Below are positions 62,801 through 64,000 of a DNA stretch of 64,000 nt, piece after piece. How positions within the stretch are numbered: position 1 is the first letter of the stretch; every line of letters begins with the position of its first letter. The notes below the pieces were generated by a model. That model saw only the letters and a list, made by a program, of their open reading frames with translations. It was not told the origin of the DNA and ran no database searches. Made by a program: the position numbers and the translations under genes. The stretch is from an uncultured SAR86 cluster bacterium (lineage in GTDB: Bacteria > Pseudomonadota > Gammaproteobacteria > Magnimaribacterales > AG-339-G14). Location of the stretch: the NCBI GenBank assembly GCA_902527995.1, contig CABZRA010000002.1:1550-65549 (forward strand), given 5' to 3'.

Positions 62801-63976
62801 ATGCAAAGAAAATATCAACTCTTAGTTTATGGAGCTTCAGGTTTTACAGGTAGATTATGTGCAAAATATTTACATGAAAACTATCCGGATTTGTCATGGG
62901 CAATTGGTGGGAGAAATAAAAAAAAATTAGAGCAATTAAAAAACGAAATGAATCTTACTTGCAACATCCTTGTTGCTGACGCGGAAAATTATGAAGATTT
63001 AGCCAATATGGTAAAAGAAACCAAGGTTCTATTAACAACAGCTGGTCCCTATGCAAAGTATGGTTCTTTACTACTAAAAGCATGTATCTCTGAAAGAACT
63101 CATTACACAGATATAACAGGAGAGAATCATTGGGTAAAAAAACAAATGGATCTTTACAATGAAGAAGCAATTTCAAAAGGGGTTCGAGTAATTCCTTCAT
63201 GTGGTTATGACTCTTTGCCGTCTGATATAGGAACTTTTTTTGCTGTTAATCAAATGAACAAACCGGTAAAAAAAGTCGAAGTATTTCACTCTGCATCTGG
63301 GGGTGCTTCCGGAGGAACAATTGAATCAATATTTTTAATGGGAAAACTCCCTAAAGAAATGAGAGACCCATTTCTATTAAATCCACAAGAATCAGTTTCT
63401 GATTTTCAAAGAAAAAAGAGTGCAGACTCTCTTTCAATAAAATGGATTGAAGAGGCTCAAAAGTGGTCTGGCCTAGGACTTTTTTCTGTCGCTAATACAA
63501 GAGTAGTTAGAAGATCTGCAGCTTTAATGGAAATGAACCAAAAGTCTTATGGCAATAATTTTGTGTTCAAAGAATATGGTGCCTATGCTTCTAAAAATTC
63601 AGCAAGAATTGCTTCAATAGGCCTGATTCTAGGCTTTCTAATTATTTCATCGCCTTTAAAGTGGCTTGTAAGAAGGTTTTTACCTAAACCTGGAGAGGGG
63701 CCTTCTGTAGAAGTACAAAACAATGGATGGTTTAAAGGAGTGTTTGTTGCTGAAGCCGAAGACGGTGAAAAACAGGTGAGCATAATATATGGCGATGGCG
63801 ATCCTGGTTATAAATCTACTTCTAAAATGCTTTGCGAGTCAGCTTTAACGATTGCTCTTTCAGATAATTTACCTGGAGGAGAGAATTTTGGAGGGTTTTT
63901 AACACCAGCTACAGGTCTAGGAATTCCTTTGATTGAAAGGTTAAAAAAAGCTGATATAAAATTTGAAGTTGTATGA
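62801..63976 (+). CDS. Saccharopine-dehydrogenase-like oxidoreductase (trans-acting enoyl reductase family)
   Basis: YGASGFTG, GPY, YTDITGE, CGYDSLPSD, PKPGEGPS, DPGY. Confidence 0.85.
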   Translation: MQRKYQLLVYGASGFTGRLCAKYLHENYPDLSWAIGGRNKKKLEQLKNEMNLTCNILVADAENYEDLANMVKETKVLLTTAGPYAKYGSLLLKACISERTHYTDITGENHWVKKQMDLYNEEAISKGVRVIPSCGYDSLPSDIGTFFAVNQMNKPVKKVEVFHSASGGASGGTIESIFLMGKLPKEMRDPFLLNPQESVSDFQRKKSADSLSIKWIEEAQKWSGLGLFSVANTRVVRRSAALMEMNQKSYGNNFVFKEYGAYASKNSARIASIGLILGFLIISSPLKWLVRRFLPKPGEGPSVEVQNNGWFKGVFVAEAEDGEKQVSIIYGDGDPGYKSTSKMLCESALTIALSDNLPGGENFGGFLTPATGLGIPLIERLKKADIKFEVV

Positions 63977-64000
63977 ATTTCTTATAACTTTTAATAACTA

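Noticed and set aside
221..63783. Numerous 60-120 aa antisense or alternate-frame ORFs in the track
   Set aside because: They lie within well-supported genes and show no recognisable motifs
1..64000. CRISPR arrays, IS elements, rRNA, inteins in dnaB or recA
   Set aside because: No spaced repeats, transposase motifs or rRNA-like tracts seen; dnaB and recA have normal lengths

Overview
AT-rich, very compact bacterial chromosome segment with overlapping genes, few long spacers, and no transposases, integrase catalytic domains, CRISPR or rRNA. Gene order follows Pseudomonas-like gammaproteobacterial blocks with many deletions; a streamlined marine lineage such as SAR86 is my inference, not a search result. 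Contents: dcw cluster (ftsI to ddl, no ftsQAZ), rpsF-rpsR-rplI-dnaB-alr, pyrG-kdsA-eno-ftsB-ispDF-surE-pcm, fdxA-pncC-recA, proS-aspS-yebC, tol-pal-cpoB-tRNA-Lys, bepA-perM-bcp-dapA-bamC-purC, an isc operon, ndk to der, and sdhCDAB-sucCD. Main observations: (1) a three-gene module (cyanobacterial OGDC-like ThDP enzyme, clostridial-type CoA-acylating succinate-semialdehyde dehydrogenase, ALDH21-type SSA dehydrogenase), with sucAB-lpd missing from the sdh-suc operon, suggesting a lipoate-independent route from 2-oxoglutarate to succinyl-CoA or succinate; (2) a remodelled isc operon with an integrase-arm-like DNA-binding domain on IscS in the iscR slot, IscU LPPVK changed to LPAIK with no hscBA, and an Fdx-IscA fusion; (3) an Hjc/phage-type resolvase exactly where ruvCAB normally lies; (4) FtsB lacking its FtsQ-binding tail. 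All family calls come from motif recognition by eye, and absence means absence from this window only.
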